This document shows positions 24,001-34,405 of a stretch of DNA of 64,000 bases, piece by piece. The notes beneath the pieces were generated by a model. It was given only the letters and a program-made list of their open reading frames with translations. It was not told where the DNA came from and searched no databases. Position 1 is the stretch's first letter; each line of letters starts with the position of its first letter. This stretch comes from Mayamaea pseudoterrestris (Eukaryota), in contig BROI01000031.1 in NCBI GenBank assembly GCA_027923505.1, positions 1-64,000 on the forward strand, written 5' to 3'. Both the position numbers and the translations under genes were made by a program.

Positions 24001-25680
24001 GGATGGCAATGTATTTGGTGACAACTTGTCACCAGTCTCAGCCTGTGGATGCCGTGACATTCAAACGCCCCTACAGCAAGCCCTGTAGGTGCCCAAAATA
24101 CACCACAAATGTTGCCAAAATCATTATTCAGGCTGCGCTACAAGATGGTAGGCTTGGCTGGTGTCTCAGGGGATGGCAATGTATTTGGGGACATCTTGTC
24201 ACCAGTCTCAGCCCGCAGATGCCCTGACATTCAAACGCCCCTACAGCAAGCCCTGTAGGTGCCCAAAATACACCAGAATGGTGCCAACATCATTATTCAG
24301 GCTGCGCTACAGGATGGTAGGCTTGGCTGGTGTCTCAGGGGATGGCAATGTATTTGGTGACAACTTGTCACCAGTCTCAGCCCACAGATGCCGTGACATT
24401 CAAACGCCCCTACAGCAAGCCCTGTAGGTGCCCAAAATACACCAGAATGGTGCCAACATCATTGTTCAGGCTGCGCTAGAAGATGCTATGCTTGGCTGGT
24501 GTCTCAGGGGATGGCAATGTATTTGGTGACAACTTGTCACCAGTCTCAGCCCGCAGATGCCGGGACATTCAAATGCCCCTACAGCAAGCCCTGTAGGTAC
24601 CCAAAATACACCAGAATGGTGCCCACATCATTATTCAGGCTGCGCTACAAGATGGTAGGCTTGGCTGGTGTCTCAGCGGACTGCAAAGTGATGACAAGTC
24701 ATCACCAGTCTCGGCCAGCAGGTGCCTTGACATTCAATTGCCCTTAAAGCTTGCCCTTTATACTCCCAATATTGGTGCCAACATCTTTATTCAGGCTGCG
24801 CTGCAAGATGATATGCTTGGCTGGAGTCTCAGCAGACTGCAATGTGATAGGTGACAAGTTGTCACCAGTCTCTGCTTGCAGGTAACTTGAAATATGATTG
24901 CCCATATATCATGCCCTCTATACACCCAAATCACACCAGAATGGTGCCAACATCATTATTCAGGCTGCTCTACAAGATGCTATGCTTGGCTGGAGTCTCA
25001 GCAGACTGCAATGTGATTGGTGAGAACTTCTCACCAGTCTCCGCCTGCAGGTGCCTTGAAATATGATATTCCATATATCATGCCCTTTATACACCCAAAT
25101 CACACCAGAATAATGCCAACATCATTATTCCGGCTGCGCTACAAGATGGCATACCTGGCTGGAGTCTCAGCAGACTGCAATGTGATTGGTGACAAGTTGT
25201 CACCAGTCTTAGCCCACTGGTGCCCATTTAATTGCCCGTAAAGCTTGCCCTTTATACACCCAAAGCACACCATAATGTTGCAAACATCATTATTCAGGCT
25301 GCGCTGCAAGATGATATGCTTGGCTGGAGTCTCAGCAGACTGCAATGTGATTGGTGACAAGTTGTCACCAGTCTCTGCTTGCAGATAACTTGAAATATGA
25401 TTGCCCATATATCATGCCCTCTATACACCCAAATCACACCAGAATGGTGCCAACATCATTATTCAGGCTGCTCTACAAGATGATATGCTTGGCTGGAGTC
25501 TCAGCAGACTGCAATGTGATTGGTGAGAACTTCTCACCAGTCTCCGCCTGCAGGTGCCTTGAAATATGATATCCCATATATCATGCCCTTTATACACCCA
25601 AATCACACCAGAATGGTGCCAACATCACTTTTCAGGCTGCGCTACAAGATGGTATGCCTGGCTGGAGTCTCAGCAGACTG
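21024..25680. repeat. Satellite family B main array (169-bp monomer, about 27 copies; diverged variant monomers from ~24680)
   Basis: Spurious ORFs start at 21118, 21287, 21456, 21625 and so on, an exact 169-bp period. Confidence 0.98.
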
Positions 25681-25889
25681 AAAGTGATTGGTCTTCTCTT
25701 GTCCAATTATGGTGTTTCCTTTACGCAAGAGTGCAAAGCAATAGCAGATGTAAATCTACAGAGCAATCATTGTAATATTTTCTCTAAATGCCTTTTCCTA
25801 CTTGACTGTTGTTAATTAAACACTCCGCTTAAAACAAGATGGCGGCCCTGGCAAAGGTGTTTCGTGCATCATCATCCTACTTCGTTGCT

Positions 25890-27242
25890 CTATTCAGACC
25901 CGCAATGCCCATGGTTCAGCAAGACTAGTCCAATGGGGATGGCTCCAAGCGAAAACATGCCGAGAAAAGCTAGAAACAATCTTCGATTGCCCTTGGTATA
26001 CTCGAGCACCCGTGGTACGCATTCCACCGCTGTAATGTAAAGGTAAACTCCACCACTCACGGCCAAAATGATTCCAGTCGCAGCATTGGACAAGTCAGCC
26101 GCCAAAATGATGACAGCACCAAGTAGAATGCTCAATCCACTGCAAAAGTTCAATATCAATGCCTTGCATATCGACAAGCCGCAGTGATTGGTCAAAACGA
26201 CAAAGTCAGCCAGTTCCTGCGCCATTTCGTGGTAAACGGTCGTGGCCACCATGGTCCAGGCAATGTCGCGCGAGCAAAGCAAAAAGGCATTGGCCAAAAA
26301 GACGCCATCCGTAAAGTTGTGAATGGCGTCGCCAAGCAAAATGCTGAGAGTGAGTGGGAGATTGACTTGCTGCTGCTGGTGTTGTCTTGTAGTAGTACGT
26401 CGGGCACCCTTGGCCGCCAACTGCTCGTCGCAGGCCTCATCCAAATCATCTTCCTTTGCAGCAGTAGCAAGAAGTACTGGAGGACAGTGCTTAACATGCT
26501 GGCATTCGTGCGCATCGCAACCCGACTCCATGGTGCGCAAATCTTCCTTGTCAACCACAGCTGCCTTGATTGCATCGTCGTCGTCATCTTGGACCAGCTG
26601 TCGCGTGGCCGCAGGCGACAAGACCAAGTCGTCGCCTTGTTGCTCTTGACACTCGTCGCACTCCTGCACAATGACTTGCGCCTGTGGCAAGATGGAATGC
26701 AGCAGCAATGGCAGCAAGAATCCTCCCAGCAAGGCTGTTCCAAATTTCCAGGCAAAGGACGCGTCATCCTCGTGAGCCTCCTCGGCGGCATGATCTTCCT
26801 CCAAACGGCGAAAATGACCATGCTCCTCCTCGCCAACATGTGATTCCTCCGAGGCGTGAATCAACAGCTCCAGTGACTCGGGGACGAGCAGAAAGGCAGC
26901 CGTGGCAAGCAAGGCTCCTGCAGCGACAACGAATGAAACAACGTGAGTGAGGCCTTTACATATCCATGGCATCAATATATTGGCTTCTCATCCTCCTCCA
27001 TGACGTTTCATTCATTCTTCACAATTGTCTCACGTACCAGCCGCAAAGCTTGGAACGAGCAGCGTCTCCATGAGTTGCTTGTGACGCCGCATCCAGGGAA
27101 CGCGCGTCACGGCCGTCAAACATACTCCCAGCAGCGTCACCAAATTAATGGCGAGACAGGCCAGGACAATGTCGGTCCAAGGCTTGCTGGATGATGATGA
27201 TCCCATGCTTGTGTCACTGTGAGTCGAGTTGTCAAACGTCAT
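25890..27242 (-). CDS. ZIP (Zrt/Irt-like, LIV-1-type) zinc/metal transporter; exons 27242-27038 and 26917-25890
   Basis: Multiple TM helices, GDAIHNFTDG and HEMAQELAD motifs, His/Glu-rich loop; a GTACGT...TGCAG intron restores SFAAGALL. Confidence 0.9.
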
Positions 27243-27771
27243 GGCGGAAGTAGCAAAATGGAGTTGAACGGATGGAGGCCTGAATCGAGCGTTTACTTTG
27301 CAGATCCAAAAATTATGAACAGATGCAGTCAATCGAATGGAGCAAGTATAGATATCCAAGTGTACAAGAGAGGCCTGGTCAATAAGATTGGAGCATGTAG
27401 GCCAAAGAATATAGGCTGCAAGTCGAGCAGATTGCAAGACGAATGGCGGTCGACCAACGAGGCCGAACTGAATGTCACGCCGACCCGAACCATGCAAGGC
27501 CCTTCGAAATGTTCTGTTATTGCCCAAGGGCCTCAATGACGCAAATTTTCCGTCAAATGACTCATCATATCGTTTCAGCCCGTTTCGTGGGAGGCCTTTC
27601 TCCATAAGCAAGCATGCGTGACATGAAATTGAAACAGACGTCACCACGCAGCATCACAGGATCATGGCCGACGGAACAACGCAGAAAGGAAACAACCCTA
27701 CGTTTCTTCGACAATACTGTAACAATTGCTAATATTACATACAAGAAAAATACTACATTACTTCATCTACA

Positions 27772-30028
27772 ATGCCAGTAAATCCGGATCTCGCCAAGGA
27801 GAGAAGCAGCGCCTCCTTCTCCGTCGATCGTCTGACTCACATGCTCGACGGCGGTCGCGATCGAACAATTCAGCGCCGCAAGCTGGAGCGCATCATTGCA
27901 CTGGATCCCACCGGAGTCTTTGACAATTCCAACAATTCCTACTTGCATCGCACGGACCGACACGTTCGCGCGCTCGCCAAGCACGTGCGCCTCGTGGAGC
28001 TCTGTCGCACGTTGAACATTGCCCAAGACGCTGGTGGCGACGTGACGCAGAGCCAGGATTTTCCCCTCCTGCTGGGAGCCATTGCCGACGACCTTCCAAC
28101 GTCGCTGCACTGGGTCATGTTTGTGCCAAATATAATATCGTTGTGTGACGAGGAGCAGCAGAAAGAGTGGTTGCCGGTGAGTTGGTTGTTGTGAGAGTCG
28201 TGTGACAATGGAATTATGGATTGCAGAAATGAGAGCAAGCCGACAAGTCAGCAACGCATTTACATATCTTCTCAACAGCAAATTCTTCCCGCTTTCCATG
28301 TAGCTCTGTCGCGACTGGAAAATGATTGGCTGCTACGCTCAAACGGAACTTGGGCATGGAAGTAACGTTCGCGCCCTCGAAACGACTGCCACCTTTCAAC
28401 CATCTTCCGCCAAAGGCAGCTTGCCGGAAGGTTCATGGATCATCCATTCGCCGTCACTGACGAGCTACAAGTTTTGGCCCGGCACACTGGGACGCACCGC
28501 CAATCATGCCATGGTCATTGCGCGTCTCATTGACGGCCAAGGAATTGATCGCGGCATGCACAACTTTTTGGTGCCACTGCGCAGCATGACGAATCACTCG
28601 CTGCTACCTGGCGTGAAAACGGGAGACATTGGTCCCAAAATTGGCTACAACACCATGGACAATGGGTTTGCATCCTTTGACAACGTTGTCGTTCCCCGTC
28701 GCAACATGGCCATGCGATTCGCCAGCGTCGACAGACACGGCAACTACCAGAAAAAGACGATGTCGGAGGCGGCGCAACGAATCAGCTACATTACCATGAT
28801 GCAGGTGAGAGCGTACATTTGCAACGAAGCGGGCAAGAATCTTGCCATGGCGTGTACCATCGCCGTTCGATATTCGGCGGTGCGCAAGCAGGGGTTTGTC
28901 GATGAAACAAACAAAGTGGAGCGGCAGATTTTGGATTACACGAAGCAGCAACATCGGCTCTTTCCGCTACTGGCGGCGTCATACTGTTTCTTTTTTACTG
29001 GCAAGCGATTGTTGGCGCGGCTGTTTGACATTGAAAAGCGCCTGGTCACGAACCAAAACGTGCATCGGACGGAGGTGAAAGACATTCACGCGTCCAGCTC
29101 CGGGCTCAAGTCGTTCACAACGACCGTGACGGCCGATGGTATCGAGGATTGTCGCAAGGCTTGTGGAGGTCATGGCTTTTTAATGTGCTCTGGACTTCCG
29201 GAGCTGCTGACAACCTATCTGCAGAATCCAACCGTCGAGGGTGACAATCAAATGCTTCCCCAACAAGTTGTCAAGGTGTTGCTCAAGCTTGTACACGCCG
29301 TCCAAAGGAAAAACGATTTGAGCGAGTTTGAAACATGCGACTCCATGCTGCTCATTCCCTCGCTACAGATCATTCTACAATCGCAACAAGAGACTTGTGG
29401 TATCAAATCAATGGCCGACATGATGGACTTGGAGTCGCACATTATGAGCGCTCTGCGACATCGGGCGGCTCGTTTGCTCGTGCAAGTGGCGCAGCAACTG
29501 GAGCGCGAACAAGCGCGTGGCCAGTCGCCGCAGCAAGCTTGGAACACGAGCCTGGTGCTCATGTCGCGCACTTCGCGGGCCTACTCGCAATTGTTGCTGC
29601 TGCATAACTTTGTGGATGGCATTGACCAAGAGGAGCAAGTGAATGCCATTGGAACTGCCGAAGTTGTCGTTTTGAGAGATTTGGCGCGGTTGTTTGCCCT
29701 GTATTGGATGGAGCGTGAGCTTGGTGATTTTTTGGAGGATAGTTACATGAATAGTCATCAAGCATTGTTGGTGCACCAAGCTGTACTTGAGTTATTGGAG
29801 AGGATACGACCCAATGCAGTTGCTTTGGTGGACGCTCGTGACTTTTCTGATTTTCGTTTAAAGAGTGCGTTGGGTCGTTTTGATGGCAATGTATATCCTG
29901 CAATAATGGAAGCAGCTATGCGCGATCCTTTGAACCAGAATGATATCGGGCCTGGCTACAATGAACATTTGAAGCGATTGATTGCTGGTGGAACAGGCGC
30001 ATATGTTGGCACTGCTTCTCGATTATAG
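27772..30028 (+). CDS. ACOX: Peroxisomal acyl-CoA oxidase; exons 27772-28176 and 28304-30028
   Basis: GCYAQTELGHGSN, KFWPG, GDIGPKIG, DNG, CRKACGGHG and TVEGDN motifs; C-terminal PTS1 SRL; GTGAG...TAG intron. Confidence 0.96.
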
Positions 30029-30146
30029 ATTTCACTTACAGTTAACATCGCATTAAAGCGCCTTATTAGTGCATGTACAGATAATAGTTTCACTTACTGT
30101 TAATGCTCACAACTGTAGAGCGCCGCCATTGCATTTGAGTGACTTC

Positions 30147-30188
30147 TGAGAACTTCTCACCAGTCTTAGCCAGCAGATGCCTTGACAT
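30147..30188 (+). repeat. Orphan fragment of variant satellite B
   Basis: TGAGAACTTCTCACCAGTCTTAGCCAGCAGATGCCTTGACAT resembles the variant monomers at 24700-25560. Confidence 0.75.
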
Positions 30189-30324
30189 GGCACTCAACGA
30201 GTAGAGCTTGTCAAAGGAGGCATTAACAGATGTTCACATATTCTATAGATTGATTAACACTACAGCTTATATAATTTTATTAGCTTTACATCAATAGCCC
30301 CTCACGAAGGAGATATTTAACAAA

Positions 30325-32316
30325 TCATCGCTGGTGTCGTCCCTTGTGAAACGCATGATGAATCACACCTGCAAGTCCGACAGCTTGTATCAGAAAGGAT
30401 AACGTCTGCTTTGCTCCATCACCCGACACTCTCTTTGCTGCCCATGACTTTAAATGCGGCACCAGATCCAGTGGATGCGATGGTGACAAGAGTCGCAAAA
30501 GGTTGCGATTTGGATTAGCCCGGTGCAGCTTGAGTACTCGGTCAAAGGCTTCCACCCGGTGTTGAATGTATTCACTCGACGTCATAACTTCGTCCACCAA
30601 ATTCAACTCCATGGCGTCGCGGCCCAACCAAACGCTTCCATCCGCAACTTGATCCAAGTTGTTTTCCAAAGAGGGTCGTCCTTCCAAAATGAACGCTTTG
30701 AATGCTTCATGCACCTGCTCCAAACTCTTCTTTTCGTGCGCAACATCCCTGCTGTTAACTTCGCCAAACCGCGTAAAGGGATTCTTGGAATCACCCGCCT
30801 TGATCACCAGCGGCTTGACACCGTATCGCTTCACCAAGTCATAAAAATTGAGTCCCTCCATGATAACACCCACACTTCCAATGGAGGCAAACTCGGCCGC
30901 CACTAGCTTGTGCGCCTGCGAGGCAATCATGTAGCCTCCACTGGCGGCGCAAGAGTCGACGCAGGCTGTCAATTGCACGTTCGGTTCACGCGCCAGTCGC
31001 TGCACGTGGGCAGCGGCCAGTCCAAAGCTGGATACGCTGCCACCGGGTGACGTAATCAGCAAGATGATTTCCAAATCGGCTGGTCGAACGATTGTTTCGT
31101 CGTTCCTCTTCTTGTTCTTGTTCTTCTTGCCGTTAGTGTCGTCACTAGCATCGTCACCACCATTAACAATCAACTCGTTGGCGACGCGCGTCGTACCAAA
31201 CGCACCGGATCGATGCTGCTCCAGCAAAAAGGAGACAATATCGGCCATGGACTTTAGGTCGAACGAGTCTGTACCTTTGCCGCCATCCATTGTGTTCAAG
31301 TCCACGACAATGACAGTCTTGCTGTAAACACTTTTGCGCTGCTTCATGCGACGTGCCAATTTGTTGTTTCGCTGACGACGCCGCTGCATTCGCGACCACT
31401 TCCACTGACTCCAACCACGCGGCGCAACTTGTAGCGCCGTCGAAAGTGCCTGCGCGTCGCGCTGGTAGCGGTCGTTGACTTGCTCGAGCGAAAAGTGTTG
31501 GACTGGATGCACCGCATCCTCCTCCTTGCCGTGCAGCAACCAGTTGGATAGCCACGGCAATATAAAGTAGCGCGTCACCACTGTCAGTACTGGCAGCAGC
31601 AAGCCTTCCATGATCAACGCAGTCTTTTCGTTGCCTGGTGGCGACGACGACAAGACGCCTCCCTGCTGTTGCTGCTGCTGCTTGGATCGCTGCAGGGCGG
31701 CGGCGGCCCTACCGGCCGATCGGCCGTAGCGATAGGCGCTTCCTTGGGCAGGTGCAAGTAGCACTAGTCCGCGAGGCACTGATGACATATGGATTGGTAC
31801 CATGGTGGCGTTTTCCAACGACGATTCCCAATCACTATCGTTCGATTCACTTGACGTTGTTGTTGCGTTGAATGTTGCGGCATCTCCTTTCGTTGCAGTA
31901 GAGTTGCAAGCTAATCGATGAGCATTCGCTGCGTTCGATTCATCAGCAGCAGATACTGCCGTCGAGTTCTTCTTGCTATGACGTCGTCGAAAGCGATGGT
32001 AAAAGGACGCTGGTGACGACGTTTGCAGCGACTGCTTGATCGACGAGCGGTCATTTGGTTTCTGTTTCGTCGCTGGCTCGCTTGCTGTTTCAGAATCCAC
32101 TCGAGTAGTGTTTCTCTTTGTAGCCTCTAATTTAGTGTCCTTTTTCTTCTTCCAGAATGGTAGCCATGGTTGCTTTGGATGCGACGCTTGCTTGTTGCTT
32201 TCGACGGCAATGGGTGACTGTTTCGAAGTGCCTGGTGATGCTGACGCGTCAATGTTAATGAGCAGCAGCAACAAAGTAGCAAACACAAGGACGATGGAAG
32301 AGTTCCGTCTCATCAC
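30325..32316 (-). CDS. Peptidase S49 (SohB/SppA-like) with N-terminal signal peptide
   Basis: ITSPGGSV, AASGGYMIA, SIGSVGV and GSVWLG...LVDEV motifs. Confidence 0.9.
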   Translation of the reverse strand: MMRRNSSIVLVFATLLLLLINIDASASPGTSKQSPIAVESNKQASHPKQPWLPFWKKKKDTKLEATKRNTTRVDSETASEPATKQKPNDRSSIKQSLQTSSPASFYHRFRRRHSKKNSTAVSAADESNAANAHRLACNSTATKGDAATFNATTTSSESNDSDWESSLENATMVPIHMSSVPRGLVLLAPAQGSAYRYGRSAGRAAAALQRSKQQQQQQGGVLSSSPPGNEKTALIMEGLLLPVLTVVTRYFILPWLSNWLLHGKEEDAVHPVQHFSLEQVNDRYQRDAQALSTALQVAPRGWSQWKWSRMQRRRQRNNKLARRMKQRKSVYSKTVIVVDLNTMDGGKGTDSFDLKSMADIVSFLLEQHRSGAFGTTRVANELIVNGGDDASDDTNGKKNKNKKRNDETIVRPADLEIILLITSPGGSVSSFGLAAAHVQRLAREPNVQLTACVDSCAASGGYMIASQAHKLVAAEFASIGSVGVIMEGLNFYDLVKRYGVKPLVIKAGDSKNPFTRFGEVNSRDVAHEKKSLEQVHEAFKAFILEGRPSLENNLDQVADGSVWLGRDAMELNLVDEVMTSSEYIQHRVEAFDRVLKLHRANPNRNLLRLLSPSHPLDLVPHLKSWAAKRVSGDGAKQTLSFLIQAVGLAGVIHHAFHKGRHQR

Positions 32317-32424
32317 TGTATTAAGTTGTATTGATCGACAAGGCTAGTACGGATTGAAACGGAGAGTCGATCCCGATCTTTCATCCGTCGTCGTCATGGT
32401 GAAGCTTCGATGGTTGGTGCGTCT

Positions 32425-32550
32425 GTGACGTCATTGACACTGGCACTCGTTTCGAGCTATTGCCTTTTGACACTGGCACTCGTTTCGTACTATTGTCTTG
32501 TGACGTCATTGACACTGGCACTCGTTTCGTATTATTGCCTTTCAACGTCA
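32425..32550 (+). repeat. ~125-bp dispersed element, copy 1: three TGACACTGGCACTCGTTTCGTACTATTGCC-like units with TGACGTCA sites
   Basis: Units start at 32435, 32468 and 32510; homologous element at 49930-50054. Confidence 0.85.
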
Positions 32551-32558
32551 TCAAGAAA

Positions 32559-34058
32559 ATGTCGCAGCATGACCGCAGTTGTAGCCGCGCCGTCGCGGTT
32601 TCGCCGTGGAACAAAAACGACCATCATTATTTTCCTCGACGGCAACGTATATACATGATTCACTCATCTCCTCCTCCAACTAATAACCATGCATCATCAC
32701 TGCTGAGTATCACTGGTAGATTTTTGCAGCATTGCTCCTGCTGGCTGTCGCCCCACACGTGGTCGGGCATTGCAAAGGTTCGGCAAGTCACTTGGGAAAG
32801 CTGCAATCAAACGTCGTCGAGCGCCATTTACCAAACCAAATCATGGCAGTTACTTCGATGTGGAGTAATGGGAGCTGGCATTGTGAAAATCTTGTTTCTG
32901 GACAATGAACAAAGCTTGGTGAAGTTGACTCGTTCATTTGTGACGCTTGCCGTTTTTCTCCTTGTCAGCAGTCGTCACGTCATGCAACGACTCGAGCAAA
33001 CGGCTCGCTACATTTACAAACTATGTGGGGCCATGCGGAGTGTATACAGGCTGCGCAGTTCCGTCGACGCGCAAGCAATGCAACTTGTCGCGAGTGCATT
33101 GCGCAGTGGTCAAGCGGAGCGGAATGCACGTTATACAATTTACTGGCCGAATGAAGAAACAACAAGAGGCGAATGTATGGTAACGGATGCTCTGCACAAG
33201 AATGATGATGCGAACGATGCAGCAGCTGCTACAAATGATGCAAGCGAGAATATCCGAAACTACAACAAGCAGAAGAAGAGGCTCGTCTTTATTTTGTTCA
33301 TTCCAGGACTCGGCGTTTCCGACGTTGCCTACGCGTCCGCCAGTCTCTTGTTGCTGCGGCAGCAGCGCACCATGCAGCGCGCCGTGCAGCAGCAAACAAC
33401 GTCGCCACTGGAGATTGCCGGCGTGGCCGTGGTGGCGACGGATCCCTTGCGCGTGCCAAGTGTTTCGCTCGGTTTCAATGGCAAAAACTTGAGGAAATCA
33501 GTCATGAATCCAGTTGTCAAGCGGTACGTGCGGCGCATGCAAGCACGCGGCAAGATTCATGACAGTGAGATTGAATGGGTACTGCTGGGTCATTCGCTGG
33601 GGAGTTTCACGGCGGCGCATGCTGCCAAGGAACTAGAGTTAAGCAAGGTAGTCATGTGGGGGTCGGCGCCGTTTCTGCAATTCATGCCAGACTTGACGAA
33701 TGCAATTGCTGACAAGGAAACGAATGAAAATGACGAGAAGGATTCTAGTACACGTCAATCTACAACTCAACGTTCCAGAAACGACTTGCTCCAAATTCTC
33801 GTCGTGCAGGCCAGTCGCGACGGAGTTGTCGAACAAGTCGTCAAAGCTGGCGGGCCTTCTGTTATAAGCGACTTTTGGAAACGCTTTCCAGCCGATCGTA
33901 CCAAGCGTGTGGTCATTCACGGAGGAACCCACGCTGGCTTTGCCGACTACGAGCCAAATACTAAGAAACACGCGGACAATGAGGTTGGCGACTTGATTTC
34001 GCCACGGCAGCAGCAGGAGCAAGCCGTGCAAGCGACGCTGGACTTTTTGCAAACGTAG
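32559..34058 (+). CDS. Alpha/beta-hydrolase fold protein (start uncertain: ATG at 32559 or 32655)
   Basis: IPGLGV oxyanion-like loop, GHSLG nucleophile elbow, ASRDGVV acid and GGTHAGF His motifs. Confidence 0.8.
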   Translation: MSQHDRSCSRAVAVSPWNKNDHHYFPRRQRIYMIHSSPPPTNNHASSLLSITGRFLQHCSCWLSPHTWSGIAKVRQVTWESCNQTSSSAIYQTKSWQLLRCGVMGAGIVKILFLDNEQSLVKLTRSFVTLAVFLLVSSRHVMQRLEQTARYIYKLCGAMRSVYRLRSSVDAQAMQLVASALRSGQAERNARYTIYWPNEETTRGECMVTDALHKNDDANDAAAATNDASENIRNYNKQKKRLVFILFIPGLGVSDVAYASASLLLLRQQRTMQRAVQQQTTSPLEIAGVAVVATDPLRVPSVSLGFNGKNLRKSVMNPVVKRYVRRMQARGKIHDSEIEWVLLGHSLGSFTAAHAAKELELSKVVMWGSAPFLQFMPDLTNAIADKETNENDEKDSSTRQSTTQRSRNDLLQILVVQASRDGVVEQVVKAGGPSVISDFWKRFPADRTKRVVIHGGTHAGFADYEPNTKKHADNEVGDLISPRQQQEQAVQATLDFLQT

Positions 34059-34405
34059 CTTATATACGTTGTATAAATCAAAATGTATATAAAAATGATA
34101 AACATGCTCAAGCGACAAGCTACGGCGGCGTCGAGTGTAAATCGAGCTGATCGATGAACGATGTCGCATGTCACGTTTAGGAGTACCGTGTGAGTAACAA
34201 TGACTGCAGGTGACTTTTGATAGTTTGCGTTAACGAATGAAAACTCTTTGAGATTTGAGTCCCGGTCGGATTCCACTACGACATTTTCATCGGAGGCGCT
34301 TCGCACCTTGCCGCAGCAACATGACAATCGGACGCTCACCTCCGGCATCGTCTCGTCTCTCGGTTCAATACGCATCATTTATATAGTCATTTCTACTACT
34401 TGATC

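Noticed and set aside
21024..24680. Palindrome-containing regular repeats as a CRISPR array
   Set aside because: The whole monomer repeats, there are no unique spacers or cas genes, and the context is eukaryotic.
14818..25775. Many repeating ORFs in satellites C and B suggesting a repeat-protein family
   Set aside because: Frames shift with 167/169-bp monomers and indels, with no sign of coding constraint.
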